Assembly (NCBI GenBank): GCA_051306295.1
Contig: JBPPMZ010000054.1
Coordinates: 8,350-72,349 of the forward strand
Length of the DNA: 64,000 nt
Direction: 5' to 3'
Source of the DNA: Candidatus Limnocylindrales bacterium
Lineage (GTDB): Bacteria > Chloroflexota > Limnocylindria > Limnocylindrales > CSP1-4
Made by a program: the position numbers and the translations under genes. The notes beneath the pieces are model-generated. The model saw nothing but the letters and a program-made list of their open reading frames with translations, had not been told where the DNA came from and did no database searches. Of the stretch, positions 24,205 to 33,847 are shown one piece after another. Within the stretch, counting starts at the first letter, position 1; each line of letters begins with the position of its first letter.

Positions 24205-24968
24205 CCCCGACCGTCGCGCGACTGCGGCCGGTTTGGGTGGGCCTCGCTATCGTGTCTTTAGCCCTTGCCGCGGTGGAGTTCGTCGCGCTGTTCTGGATCA
24301 TCGATAGCCAGCAGTCGGTCGGCGTGGACCTCGAGTACTACCGATTCGTCGGGCAGCGCTGGCTGGACACCGGGGTGTTCTACACGGATCGCCAGTTGGC
24401 TGGTCCATACCAGGTCCAGACCCTCGTGGACAATCTCTACCCGCCACACACGCTGTACCTGTTCCTTCCGTTCCTGGTGCTGCCCAGCGTCCTGTGGTGG
24501 GCGATTCCGCTCGCGTTCATCAGTGCGGTGGTGTGGTGGTGCCGGCCAGCTGCCTGGGCGTGGCCGATCCTCGCCGCGATCGTGCTGTTCCCCAAGACAC
24601 CGAACCAGATCATCTACGGCAACACGGACATGTGGATCACCGCCTGGATCGCAGCCGGCGTGCGGTGGGGCTGGCCCGCGGTCCTGGTGACGATGAAACC
24701 GTCGCTCATCCCCTTCGCGGCGCTGGGCGTGCGATCGCGGTCATGGTGGATCGCGGCGATCATCCTGGGCATCGTGAGTCTGCCGTGGCTACCGCTCTGG
24801 TTGGACTACCCGATGGCGACGCTCAACTCGAGCGCCAACGCTGGCTATTCGTTCAGCAACTTGCCGTTCTTCGTCCTGCCCATCGTGGCTTGGGTCGGGT
24901 CGGCACGTCGGGCTGGTATGGGGTTCGGCCCGTGGTTCCTGCGGCTCGCCAGATCCCGCCGTGACTGA
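24201..24968 (+). CDS. miniature GT87/DUF2029-like polytopic membrane protein (paralog family member)
   Basis: GTG at 24201 (GTGA overlap) within ORF 24135..24968. VDLEYYRFVGQRWLDTG...GNTDMW...KPSLIPFA...WLD motifs are shared with the 24970..25722 gene. Confidence 0.5.
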   Translation: MTPTVARLRPVWVGLAIVSLALAAVEFVALFWIIDSQQSVGVDLEYYRFVGQRWLDTGVFYTDRQLAGPYQVQTLVDNLYPPHTLYLFLPFLVLPSVLWWAIPLAFISAVVWWCRPAAWAWPILAAIVLFPKTPNQIIYGNTDMWITAWIAAGVRWGWPAVLVTMKPSLIPFAALGVRSRSWWIAAIILGIVSLPWLPLWLDYPMATLNSSANAGYSFSNLPFFVLPIVAWVGSARRAGMGFGPWFLRLARSRRD

Positions 24969-24969
24969 C

Positions 24970-25722
24970 TCAGGTCTCTCGTCGACGGCCGTACCAGGCC
25001 GCGACCGGCATCGCCACTCCGGGCAGGGCCAGCGCGGAATACAGCAGACCACCTGGGGCGTGCATGACAACCTTGATCCAGTCCAACCACAGCAGGCCGA
25101 ATGGTGCGGACAGCCCGAGCACGATGACCCAGCCGAGCCACCACGCGCGTCGATGGATGCCGGCCAGCGCGAGTGGGGCGAGTGATGGCTTGATGAGCAC
25201 CAGCGGACCTGGCCACCCGAAACGAAGGCCAAGAGCCACCATGGCCGCGGCCCACATGTCCGTGTTGCCCGTCACGATCATGGCTGGTCCCCGCGGCCAG
25301 AGCACGCACAGCGAGAGCACGGCCCAAGCCATCGGCGATGGTCGCCAGGCCAGCACGCACCAGATGACGATCGCGATCGGCACCGCGTACCAGGCGATGG
25401 GCGGCAGGAAGGCGAAGGGCGTCATCAGCCACAGGGCGAGGGGCGGATGCAGGAAGGTCAGTGGAGCGTAGTCGAAGGGCGCGGCCACCTCGGACGCGAG
25501 GTACGGCGTCCCCGTGTCGAGGAAGCGACGAGCGGCGTCGACGTAGTGCCCGCGATCCCAATCGACCATGATGATCGGGACCGCTCCGGATGCATACCAT
25601 GCCAGCTGGACCACGAACAGGGTCAGGGACACGCCCACGATCAGGCGCGTCGCGAGGTTCCAGTCCCTGGGGCGGACCGCGCTCACCATGTGGTGGGGAT
25701 GCACTGCGGGGTTGACGGCCAT
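24970..25722 (-). CDS. miniature GT87/DUF2029-like polytopic membrane protein (paralog of 24201..24968)
   Basis: ORF 24970..25809; start uncertain (Met at 25809, 25722 or 25689). VDWDRGHYVDAARRFLDTG...GNTDMW...KPSLAPLA...WLDW. Confidence 0.5.
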   Translation of the reverse strand: MAVNPAVHPHHMVSAVRPRDWNLATRLIVGVSLTLFVVQLAWYASGAVPIIMVDWDRGHYVDAARRFLDTGTPYLASEVAAPFDYAPLTFLHPPLALWLMTPFAFLPPIAWYAVPIAIVIWCVLAWRPSPMAWAVLSLCVLWPRGPAMIVTGNTDMWAAAMVALGLRFGWPGPLVLIKPSLAPLALAGIHRRAWWLGWVIVLGLSAPFGLLWLDWIKVVMHAPGGLLYSALALPGVAMPVAAWYGRRRET

Positions 25723-25827
25723 AGGCTGACTGTAGCGCGTGGGCGGCATCTGGCCGCATGGGCTGTTCTTCTCACTTGACCCCACCCAGATAGGCACCGG
25801 TGACAGCAAGCCTCATATGGAGCCTTC

Positions 25828-28110
25828 ATGACCTCTCGCCGCATCGATATGCCTGACCCGCTGACTGACGTCAGGGCCAGACATCGAGTCTTGGTGCTCC
25901 TCATCTTCATGCTCTCGGGCGCAGCCGGTTTGATCTACGAGATCGTGTGGTCGCGGCAGCTCGTTCTGGTCTTCGGGAACACGACACAGGCGGTGTCGGC
26001 CATCTTGACCGGATTCTTTGGAGGCATGGCTATCGGCGCGGCCATCGGCGGTCGGATCGCGGATCGCGTCCGCTCCCCGCTGCGCCTGTATGGCGTCCTG
26101 GAGATCGCCCTCGTCGTCGTCGTCCTCGTGACGCCGCTGACGTTCGGGCTGATCAATGGCGTATACCGTGGGATCTACCCGCTGCTGGAGGGCACCCCGC
26201 TGTTGGCCCTTGTCCGGTTGGGGCTCGCGGTCGTCGCATTGGCGCCCGCCACGGTCATGATGGGCGCCACGTTCCCGGCGCTCGTCCGGCACTTCACGCG
26301 GTCGGATGACCTCGGTCAGGCCTTCGGCCGTCTGTACTCGGCCAACACGCTGGGGGCCATCGTCGGTACGCTCGTCGCCGGGCTCGTGCTCATCGAGGTC
26401 TTCGGACTGTCGGGCGCACTTCGAGTCGGTGCCGCCTGTTCGGCGATCGCGGGCGTCGTGGCCCTTGTCCTCGCCCGGTCGGATGGTGGGGCCACGGCCC
26501 GCGGCTCCGTTGCGCCGACCCTGCTCGTCCGCGAGGCCATCCACTGGCTGCCCCTCGTCGTCGCGTTCGTTTCGGGACTCACGTCGCTGGGCTACCAGGT
26601 GACCTGGACCCGACTCCTCGCATCGGGTACCGGTGGGCTCACCTACGTCTTCACGATCATCCTCGCGTTGTTCCTCGTCGGGATCGCGCTGGGCGCGGCG
26701 ACCTTCAACGTCCTGCGTCCCAGGATCAAGGATCCCGTCCGGCTCCTGGCGTGGTCGCAGATCGCCGTCGCCGCCCTGAGCGTCGCCGGCTTGATCCTGG
26801 TCATATCGCAGCCTCGAGCGGCCGACCCGAACCAGCTCTTGTTCTCCGTGCAGATCCTCTTCGGCTCGGCCGTCCTGACGGTGCTCCCGGTGACCTTCGT
26901 GATGGGGCTGGCCTTTCCGCTGGCGTCCGAGCTCCTGCGCGCCGACCAGGGCCATGCCGGCTCGGAGTCCGGCCTGCTCATCGCGGTGAACACGAGCGGG
27001 GCGATCCTGGGCAGCCTGGCGATCCCGTTCGTACTCATGCCCACGATCGGCTCACCCGCGATCATCGTCGTCCTGGCGATGACCAACGTCGCCCTTGGGG
27101 TGGGGCTCGCAGTCTGGCGCCGACCGGTGCAGATCCTGGTCGCCGCAACCGCCGTGAACGTCGGCGTGCTGATCGTCGTGCTCGCGCTCCAACCCGGCTT
27201 GATCCGCCAGCCGAACGAGGCGCGGATCGCCGAGCGGGGCTGGACACTCCTCGAGTCCACGGAGGACGAGATCGCCTCGGTGCAGGCCGGCCAGGGCCAG
27301 TTCACCCGCGAACTGTGGGTGGGCGGCACCTCGATGACCTTGCTGACGGTGGATGCCAAGCTCATGCCGATCCTGCCCCTCATCGCCCGACCTGAGGCGA
27401 CCCGCGCCCTCGTCGTCGCCTTCGGGATGGGGACGGCCTTTCGGTCGGCCCTCATCGCCGGCCTGCGCACGGACACGGTGGAGCTCGTCCCCAGCGTCCC
27501 CCGGATGTTCGGCTACTACTACGACGATGCAGCGGCCGTTCTGGCGGATCCGAACGGGAAGGTCTATGTCGCCGATGGCCGCAACCACCTCGAGCTGTCC
27601 GCGGACCGTTACGACATCATCGTGACGGACCCGCCGCCGCCGATCCAGAGCTCCGGCGTGTCGGTCATCTCGTCGCTCGAGTACTACGAGGCGGGCCGCG
27701 ACCACCTGACCGACGGCGGCGTGATGATGCAGTGGACCCCGTACGGGACGGCCGAGTCAGAGCTCAAGGAGCACATCCGCACGTTCGCGACGGTCTTCCC
27801 GCACGTGCTGGCCGTGCGCGGGTCCGGGGGGTACGGGTTCTACATGTTGGGGGCCATGGACGCGTTGACGTTGGAGCCGGCCGTGGCGCGCCAGATCCTC
27901 GCGCGCCCCGGCGTCCTGGAGGACATCTCCGGGGCGTATGACTCGCCCGAGACGACGATCGATGGCTGGATCGCGGAGATCGAGCGTCAGACGTGGCTTA
28001 TGGATGACCAGCTCCGGGCGTATATGGGCGACGGCCCGCTCATCACCGACGATCAGCCGCGGCCCGAGTACTTCCTCCTCCGCCTGCTCGCGGCGGATCG
28101 CGACCGGTGA
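25828..28110 (+). CDS. fused polytopic (MFS-like) membrane domain / spermidine-synthase-fold protein 1
   Basis: N-terminus LIFMLSGAAGLIYEIVWSRQLVLVFGNTTQAVSAIL plus about 12 TM helices. C-terminus VELVPSV...ADGRNHL...YDIIVTDPPPP has a SpeE-like Rossmann fold. Confidence 0.75.
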   Translation: MTSRRIDMPDPLTDVRARHRVLVLLIFMLSGAAGLIYEIVWSRQLVLVFGNTTQAVSAILTGFFGGMAIGAAIGGRIADRVRSPLRLYGVLEIALVVVVLVTPLTFGLINGVYRGIYPLLEGTPLLALVRLGLAVVALAPATVMMGATFPALVRHFTRSDDLGQAFGRLYSANTLGAIVGTLVAGLVLIEVFGLSGALRVGAACSAIAGVVALVLARSDGGATARGSVAPTLLVREAIHWLPLVVAFVSGLTSLGYQVTWTRLLASGTGGLTYVFTIILALFLVGIALGAATFNVLRPRIKDPVRLLAWSQIAVAALSVAGLILVISQPRAADPNQLLFSVQILFGSAVLTVLPVTFVMGLAFPLASELLRADQGHAGSESGLLIAVNTSGAILGSLAIPFVLMPTIGSPAIIVVLAMTNVALGVGLAVWRRPVQILVAATAVNVGVLIVVLALQPGLIRQPNEARIAERGWTLLESTEDEIASVQAGQGQFTRELWVGGTSMTLLTVDAKLMPILPLIARPEATRALVVAFGMGTAFRSALIAGLRTDTVELVPSVPRMFGYYYDDAAAVLADPNGKVYVADGRNHLELSADRYDIIVTDPPPPIQSSGVSVISSLEYYEAGRDHLTDGGVMMQWTPYGTAESELKEHIRTFATVFPHVLAVRGSGGYGFYMLGAMDALTLEPAVARQILARPGVLEDISGAYDSPETTIDGWIAEIERQTWLMDDQLRAYMGDGPLITDDQPRPEYFLLRLLAADRDR

Positions 28111-28150
28111 CCCTTTCTTCTCAGTTGACCGGCACGCCACACCCGCGACC

Positions 28151-30457
28151 ATGACCTCCGTCGACCCGCCCGGAGGCCCCATGACCGCCCGTTCCATCCC
28201 GCTTGCCCGTCCGATCATCGGCACAACGTTGCCGTTCGCGCTGCCGATCGGCCTGTCCGCGTTCCTGCTGTTCAGCGTGGAGCCCCTCATCGGCCGGCTG
28301 GTCCTGCCGATCTTCGGGGGGACGCCCGCCGTGTGGGCGACGACGCTCTTCTTCTTCCAGACGATCCTGCTGATCGGCTACCTGTACGGGCATCTCTCGA
28401 TCACGCGCCTGGGCTGGGTCGGCCCGCCGGTCCACCTTGCGGTGGCGGGCCTCGCGCTGGTCGCCCTGCTGATCGCGCCATCCGATATCTCGGGCCTTCG
28501 GGACACGGCGGTCGTCCCTGTGCTCGACCTGGTCCGTATCCTGTTCGTCATCATCGGCCTGCCGGCCATCGTCCTGACGACGACCACGCCGCTGGTCTCG
28601 GGCTGGTTCGAGGTGGCGCGCTCGCAGCGCGCCGGCGGCGACCCGTACTGGCTGTACGCCCTGAGCAACGGCGGCTCGCTCCTTGCCCTCCTCGCCTACC
28701 CGCTGGTCATCGAGCCGCGCCTGGGTCTCGCCGACCAGCGCGGGATCTGGGCCGTCGGCTACGCCCTCCTGGTCGTTCTGCTGGCCGTGGCCGGGATGCG
28801 TGTCGTCAGTCTGTTGCGGGCGCGGAGTGCTGTCGTCGGATCCCTGGCCGCTGGTCCGCTTGGTGCAGCTCCCGCGGCCTCCCGCGCCATCGACTGGCCC
28901 CGCCGCGCGCGCTGGCTGCTCCTGGCCGCCATCCCGTCCGGCCTCCTGTCGGCGGTGACCACCTTCATCGCCACGGACCTCGTCTCGGCACCGCTGCTGT
29001 GGGTCGCTCCACTGGCCATCTACCTGCTGACGTTCGTCATCGCGTTCTCGCCACGGGGCGGGCGGGCGATCCGACTGGCGAGCGTCGCGGCGCCCGCGAT
29101 GATCACCCTGTTGTGGGTCCCGTACGGCTCGGCCGGCGGCTGGCCCGTGCTGGCCGTCCTGGGCATGGAGCTCATCGCCTTCGGCGTGCTGGCAACCGCC
29201 CTTCATGGACGGCTCGCCCAGGATCGCCCGGATCCCGCTCACCTGACGGAGTTCTACCTCACCATATCGATCGGCGGCGCGCTGGCCAGCGCGTTCGTCG
29301 CGCTCGTCGCGCCGAGCATCTTCCCGGGCGTCTGGGAGCTCCCGATCCTGCTGGTCGGCGCGCTCGTCGCGCTGGCGCTGGTCGCGCCCGCGGCGGCGGC
29401 GAAGACACGTATCGCGCGCAGCCGCGGCCTCGACTTCGGGCCGTTCTTCGTCGGGTTCCAGGAACGCATGCTGCCCTACCTCGTCGCAGCCGCGTTGTTG
29501 GCCGCGTCGCTGCTCAGCAGCGGGGCCCTGGCGGCGGAGGCCGGCATCCGCTGGTTGCTCGTCGGCGGGCTCATCCTCCTCGTCGGCGCGCGGCCGTGGT
29601 TCCTGGTCGTGGCGACGACCCTCGTCCTGGCCCTTGCCACCTTCGTCCTCCAGCCACCGGCAGAGTTCCGGGCGCGCAGCTTCTTCGGGGTCACGGAGGT
29701 CCTGACCTCGCCGGAGGGCGACCTCAAGCTGCTCATGAACGGCACCACGGTGCATGGCTCGCAGGCGACCGATCCGGCGTTGCGTCGCCGACCCCAGAGC
29801 TACTACGTCCAGGCGGGGCCGGTCGGCGACCTGTTCGCCAACACCGACCGCCGCACGCGCAACGCGCCGGCCGTGGCCGTCACGGGCTTGGGCGGCGGAG
29901 CCATCGCCGCGTATGCACTGCCCGCGACGACGATGACGTTCTTCGAGATCGACCCGATCGTGATCCAGGTGGCGTCCGACCCCCGCTACTTCACCTACCT
30001 CACCGACGCACCGACCCGCCCGACCATCGTCGAAGGCGATGGTCGCCTGTCGCTCCGGAAGGTGCCGGACGGGCAGTACGACCTCCTGATCATGGATGCC
30101 TTCTCGTCCGATTCGGTCCCAGTCCATCTCCTGACCGCCGAGGCGATCACCGATGAGCTCCGGACGCTGGCGCCTGATGGATCGATCGCGTTCCACATCT
30201 CGAACCGGTATTACGACCTTGCGCCTGCCATCTCCGCGGCCCTCGCCGGGCATGGGATGACCGCCCTCGAGCGACGATATCAGCCTGACTCGACGCAGGA
30301 TCCCGGAGCGTCGCCGTCCCGCTGGCTTGCTGCCTCCAGCGACCCGTCCACCATCGACGCCCTCGGGGCCGCCGGCTGGGAGACTGTGACGCCCGGCGAG
30401 CGCCCGTTCACCGACGACTACGCGGACCTGCTCAGCTACCTGCAACTGGGGTCGTAG
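28151..30457 (+). CDS. fused polytopic membrane domain / spermidine-synthase-fold protein 2
   Basis: Internal Met 72 of ORF 27938..30457. FLLFSVEPLIGRLVLPIFGGTPAVW N-terminus, many TM helices. C-terminus VTGLGGGAIAAY...FFEIDP...EGDGRLSL...YDLLIMDAFSSD. Confidence 0.7.
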   Translation: MTSVDPPGGPMTARSIPLARPIIGTTLPFALPIGLSAFLLFSVEPLIGRLVLPIFGGTPAVWATTLFFFQTILLIGYLYGHLSITRLGWVGPPVHLAVAGLALVALLIAPSDISGLRDTAVVPVLDLVRILFVIIGLPAIVLTTTTPLVSGWFEVARSQRAGGDPYWLYALSNGGSLLALLAYPLVIEPRLGLADQRGIWAVGYALLVVLLAVAGMRVVSLLRARSAVVGSLAAGPLGAAPAASRAIDWPRRARWLLLAAIPSGLLSAVTTFIATDLVSAPLLWVAPLAIYLLTFVIAFSPRGGRAIRLASVAAPAMITLLWVPYGSAGGWPVLAVLGMELIAFGVLATALHGRLAQDRPDPAHLTEFYLTISIGGALASAFVALVAPSIFPGVWELPILLVGALVALALVAPAAAAKTRIARSRGLDFGPFFVGFQERMLPYLVAAALLAASLLSSGALAAEAGIRWLLVGGLILLVGARPWFLVVATTLVLALATFVLQPPAEFRARSFFGVTEVLTSPEGDLKLLMNGTTVHGSQATDPALRRRPQSYYVQAGPVGDLFANTDRRTRNAPAVAVTGLGGGAIAAYALPATTMTFFEIDPIVIQVASDPRYFTYLTDAPTRPTIVEGDGRLSLRKVPDGQYDLLIMDAFSSDSVPVHLLTAEAITDELRTLAPDGSIAFHISNRYYDLAPAISAALAGHGMTALERRYQPDSTQDPGASPSRWLAASSDPSTIDALGAAGWETVTPGERPFTDDYADLLSYLQLGS

Positions 30458-32480
30458 GCGCAGCCAGGTCGACGTCGGCCAAGAAGCGGAAGCGGGTCGC
30501 TAGCAGCCACGCCACCGCATACAGCCCACCGACGACGACCAGCAGGAACCCGTAGCCGCTGATGAGCGCGACGTATTCGACGGCTCCGCCGACGACGGCG
30601 CCGAGCAGATTCGAGGCGAACGCCATGTCCGCTGTCTTCGTATCACGGAACGAGTAGCTGAACACGAGGTTAGCGAAGAACACCGGCGCGAATGCGAGGG
30701 CAGCGGCCAGCGCGTAGCGCAGCCAGACCGGTTCGATGAGCAGGGTCGCCGGCGGCAGGACCAGGGTCAGCACGATCGACCCGAACAGGCCCGCATAGAG
30801 CACCCACGGACTCCGGATCCGCCAGCGCTGGTTGACGAGGATGGCCAGCAGGACGCTGGCCAGGACCGCGAAGAAGACCAGCGAGTTGACCAGCCACGTC
30901 GACCCGAACAGCAAGCTGAAGGTCACGAGGCTGCGGGTCTCAAGGAGCAGGAAGGCCACCCCCAGGATGAAGAAATGCGGGCTGAAGCGTCGCAGGGATG
31001 TCCCGCTGCGAATGGCCGCCCGTGCCACGAACAACACGGCGAACGCGATGATGATGGCGATCGCGCCCAGGTAGTACGGGGCGATGAACGGTTCCCTCAG
31101 ATAGAGGAACGGCCAATCGTCCGTCGCCGCCTGCGGCGGGGCGCCGATGTCGACCGGATCGATCGAATCCCCTGGGGGAGCGGCGCCGTCCAGGGCAGCA
31201 ACGAGTGGGCCGGCCGCCAGCGTCGCGGCCGTTTCCCCGTACGAGCGGACGATCGGCGGGGATCCAAACGCCGAGGCGAGCATCGCCGCCATCTTTTGTG
31301 GAATCCAGTCCTCACGGTAGAAGTTGTACATCACGAAGATGCCGTCATCGGTCAGGTGGTCCCGCGCCTCCCGGAACGCCTCGTCGGTGAAGAGGAACGA
31401 CTCCAGGCGCAGGTTCGCGCTGGTGCTGACGAGGGTGAGCGAGTCGGGCAGGGCCATAACGACTAGGTCGTACTCCGAGGTCGAGCGCCGCAGGAACGCG
31501 CGCCCGTCATCGTTGATGCGAGTGACCCGTGGATCGTCGTAGGGCCGGTTCGGGTGGTCGCGCACGCCGATCGCCTGGATCGCCGGATCGATCTCCACGG
31601 CATCCACGTGCTGCGCCCCACGGTCAAGGGCCACGGCGACGTCGGTGCCCGTACCGGCGCCGATGATCAGGACGTTGTCGTAGGTCTGCTCCGGGAACCA
31701 GCGATAGACCTGCTCGTAGAACGGATCGATCGTCTGGTCGATCGGCCACATCGCCTGGTGCGGGATGCCATTGACGTCGATCACCTTGTTGCCGCCGACC
31801 TCGTACTCATCGATCCGGTAGTACGGCGACCATGATCGCCCTGGCGTCGCTGTGGTGAAGACGACGATGATCACCGCGACGAGGGACGCCGCCGTCACCA
31901 GCGACGCTCGCGACAGGCCGTTGACGAGCCCGAGCGCCGACGCGATCACCCCCAGGACGAGGTACCAGATCAGCGGATCGGTGCCCGCCGCGGACAGGAT
32001 GGTGAACATGGCGATGCCCGTCATCGAGCCCAGGATGTCCACCGAGTACGCCTTGAGCGGCGGCATCGAGGTCAACAGCGGACCCAGCGGTACGGCGAGG
32101 CCGGCCATGATGACGGTCGTCACGATGACGAGCAGGGGCAGGATGAGGAAGTTGACGTCCGCTCCCTGGCTCTCACTGAGGCCGAAGAACACTTCGTCGG
32201 GCGAACCCAGGTGGATCGTGACGTTGACCTGGGTCACGAGCACGACCAGCGCCAGGAGCAGCGGACCAAAGGGCGAGATCGGCACCCGCCGCGGGTCGCG
32301 GCCCCACAGGATCCCGACGCCGATGCCCAGGAAGCTGGCCATCAACAGGAAGTTCCGGAAGAAGCCCACATAGATGACGTTGGCCGGGATCCAGCGGATG
32401 AGCAGCAGCTCGACGAAGAGCAGGCTCGTCGCGGTCAGGAACAGCCGCAGCGCTGGATGCTGGTATGGCGTCGTGGTCAA
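30432..32480 (-). CDS. fused polytopic membrane domain / spermidine-synthase-fold protein 3 (catalytic fold internal)
   Basis: LFVELLLIRWIPANV N-terminus plus 7 TM helices. Central VLIIGAGTGTDVAVAL...AVEIDP...DDGRAFL...YDLVVMALPDS, then about 6 further TM helices. Confidence 0.75.
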   Translation of the reverse strand: MTTTPYQHPALRLFLTATSLLFVELLLIRWIPANVIYVGFFRNFLLMASFLGIGVGILWGRDPRRVPISPFGPLLLALVVLVTQVNVTIHLGSPDEVFFGLSESQGADVNFLILPLLVIVTTVIMAGLAVPLGPLLTSMPPLKAYSVDILGSMTGIAMFTILSAAGTDPLIWYLVLGVIASALGLVNGLSRASLVTAASLVAVIIVVFTTATPGRSWSPYYRIDEYEVGGNKVIDVNGIPHQAMWPIDQTIDPFYEQVYRWFPEQTYDNVLIIGAGTGTDVAVALDRGAQHVDAVEIDPAIQAIGVRDHPNRPYDDPRVTRINDDGRAFLRRSTSEYDLVVMALPDSLTLVSTSANLRLESFLFTDEAFREARDHLTDDGIFVMYNFYREDWIPQKMAAMLASAFGSPPIVRSYGETAATLAAGPLVAALDGAAPPGDSIDPVDIGAPPQAATDDWPFLYLREPFIAPYYLGAIAIIIAFAVLFVARAAIRSGTSLRRFSPHFFILGVAFLLLETRSLVTFSLLFGSTWLVNSLVFFAVLASVLLAILVNQRWRIRSPWVLYAGLFGSIVLTLVLPPATLLIEPVWLRYALAAALAFAPVFFANLVFSYSFRDTKTADMAFASNLLGAVVGGAVEYVALISGYGFLLVVVGGLYAVAWLLATRFRFLADVDLAAPTTPVAGS

Positions 32481-32658
32481 GATCGCAGGCCCCCGCAGTC
32501 CGTCCGGTGCGAACTCGCCCGGAGCCTTCGCAGCATAGAGGCTGGGACCGGACCGCCGCCGCCCCGGCGAAGGTCACGGCGGGCGGGGGCGCCATCGTTC
32601 TGCCGAGCGAGGTTGCCGTCGCAACCAACCGACGGCACCCGATGCTATCCTCGCGAGG

Positions 32659-33846
32659 ATGACCGCTCCCACCCTGCATGCGGAGCCTGCCTGTCCGGCC
32701 GCCGAGGAATCTGACCCGATCGCGAACCCGGCTGACGACACCGCCGCCTCGCTCCACGCTGAGCGCCGACCGTTCGCCGAGATCCCCGCCGCGACCTGGG
32801 ACGCCCTGGCCGCCCAGAGCCCGATGGCTACCCCCTTCTCCGCGTGGGCCTTCCACCGCGCCTGGTGGGACGCGTACGGCGCGAATGCGCACGAGGAGAC
32901 CCTCGTCGTCCTTGACCAGACCGGGGACATCGTCGCGATCGTGCCGCTCATGCATCGCCACGAGGTCGAGCCCTCGGACGTGCTGACGCACACGAAGATG
33001 CGCCACGGCGCGGACATCGAACTGACGGCCGTCCCTCCGTCGGCCAAAGCTGTCTTCTTCGGCGCCTCGTACCACGCCGACTACGCGACGATCCTCGCCG
33101 CTCCATCAACTCTCCCCGCCGTCGCGGAAGCGCTCGCCGTCTACTTCGCCGGGCCGGATGCCGGCCCGTGGGACGCCATCGACCTCCGCCGCCTGCGCTG
33201 CGGCGACCCGGCAGCCGATGCCTTGGCCGCCGCCCTGGGCACCCGCGAGATGAGCGAAGGGTGGACGCTCAACGTCGAACGCGAGGACGTCTGCCCGGTC
33301 GTCACCTTTCCGGACGACGCGGACCTGGACGGCTATCTCGCCACCCTGGGCAAGAAGGAGCGCCACGAGATCCGCCGCAAGGTCCGCCGCGCGGAGGCGG
33401 TCGGCCCCATCGAGCTCATCGACTCCGACGACCCGCTGCTCGACCTGGAGGCGTTCATCGACCTCCACCAGAAGCGCTGGGGCGCGGATGGGCTGTTCCC
33501 GCCGACCCCCGGTGGCGAGCAAAGTCGCGTCCTGTTCCGTCGCCTGTTCGAGCTCTTTGGGGCGGACGGCCCGCTGCGCCTGACCTTCCTGTCGGTCGGC
33601 GGTCGCCGGATCGCTGCCGGCATCCACTTCGAGACCGCGACCGACATCCTGTACTACAACGCCGGCGTCGATCCCGATGCGCGCGACCTGTCGCCGGGCG
33701 TGGTGATGGTCCATGCCTACGTGGTCCGCGCCCTGGCCACGGGCAAGCGCCGGATGGACTTCCTGCGCGGCAACGAGCCCTACAAGTACGAATGGGGCGC
33801 GCTGGACGAACCCATCCAGCGACTGCTGGTCCGACGAAGAGACTGA
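32659..33846 (+). CDS. GNAT-fold acyl/acetyltransferase, CelD/BcsL (FemAB-like) family
   Basis: KKERHEIRRKVRRAE...LHQKRWG...YYNAGVDPDARDLSPG...MDFLRGNEPYKYEWGA is typical of COG5653 proteins. Confidence 0.75.
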   Translation: MTAPTLHAEPACPAAEESDPIANPADDTAASLHAERRPFAEIPAATWDALAAQSPMATPFSAWAFHRAWWDAYGANAHEETLVVLDQTGDIVAIVPLMHRHEVEPSDVLTHTKMRHGADIELTAVPPSAKAVFFGASYHADYATILAAPSTLPAVAEALAVYFAGPDAGPWDAIDLRRLRCGDPAADALAAALGTREMSEGWTLNVEREDVCPVVTFPDDADLDGYLATLGKKERHEIRRKVRRAEAVGPIELIDSDDPLLDLEAFIDLHQKRWGADGLFPPTPGGEQSRVLFRRLFELFGADGPLRLTFLSVGGRRIAAGIHFETATDILYYNAGVDPDARDLSPGVVMVHAYVVRALATGKRRMDFLRGNEPYKYEWGALDEPIQRLLVRRRD

Positions 33847-33847
33847 C

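Noticed and set aside
28121-30445. Very long alternative-frame or antisense ORFs, for example 28121..30445(-) 774 aa, 28333..30156(+) 607 aa, 382..1617(+), 3345..4418(-), 25813..26955(-), 58648..59787(-), 44673..45806(+)
   Set aside because: These are extreme Arg/Gly/Pro/Asp composition shadows of genuine genes, typical of ~70% GC DNA. The overlapping frame with TM helices or family motifs was preferred.
25828-32480. Annotating the three SpeE-fold fusions as spermidine synthases (speE)
   Set aside because: The GGGDG loop Asp and the D-x-x-D-P motif of aminopropyltransferases are not conserved in any of the three. The large membrane domains and the glycan context also argue against a housekeeping polyamine role.
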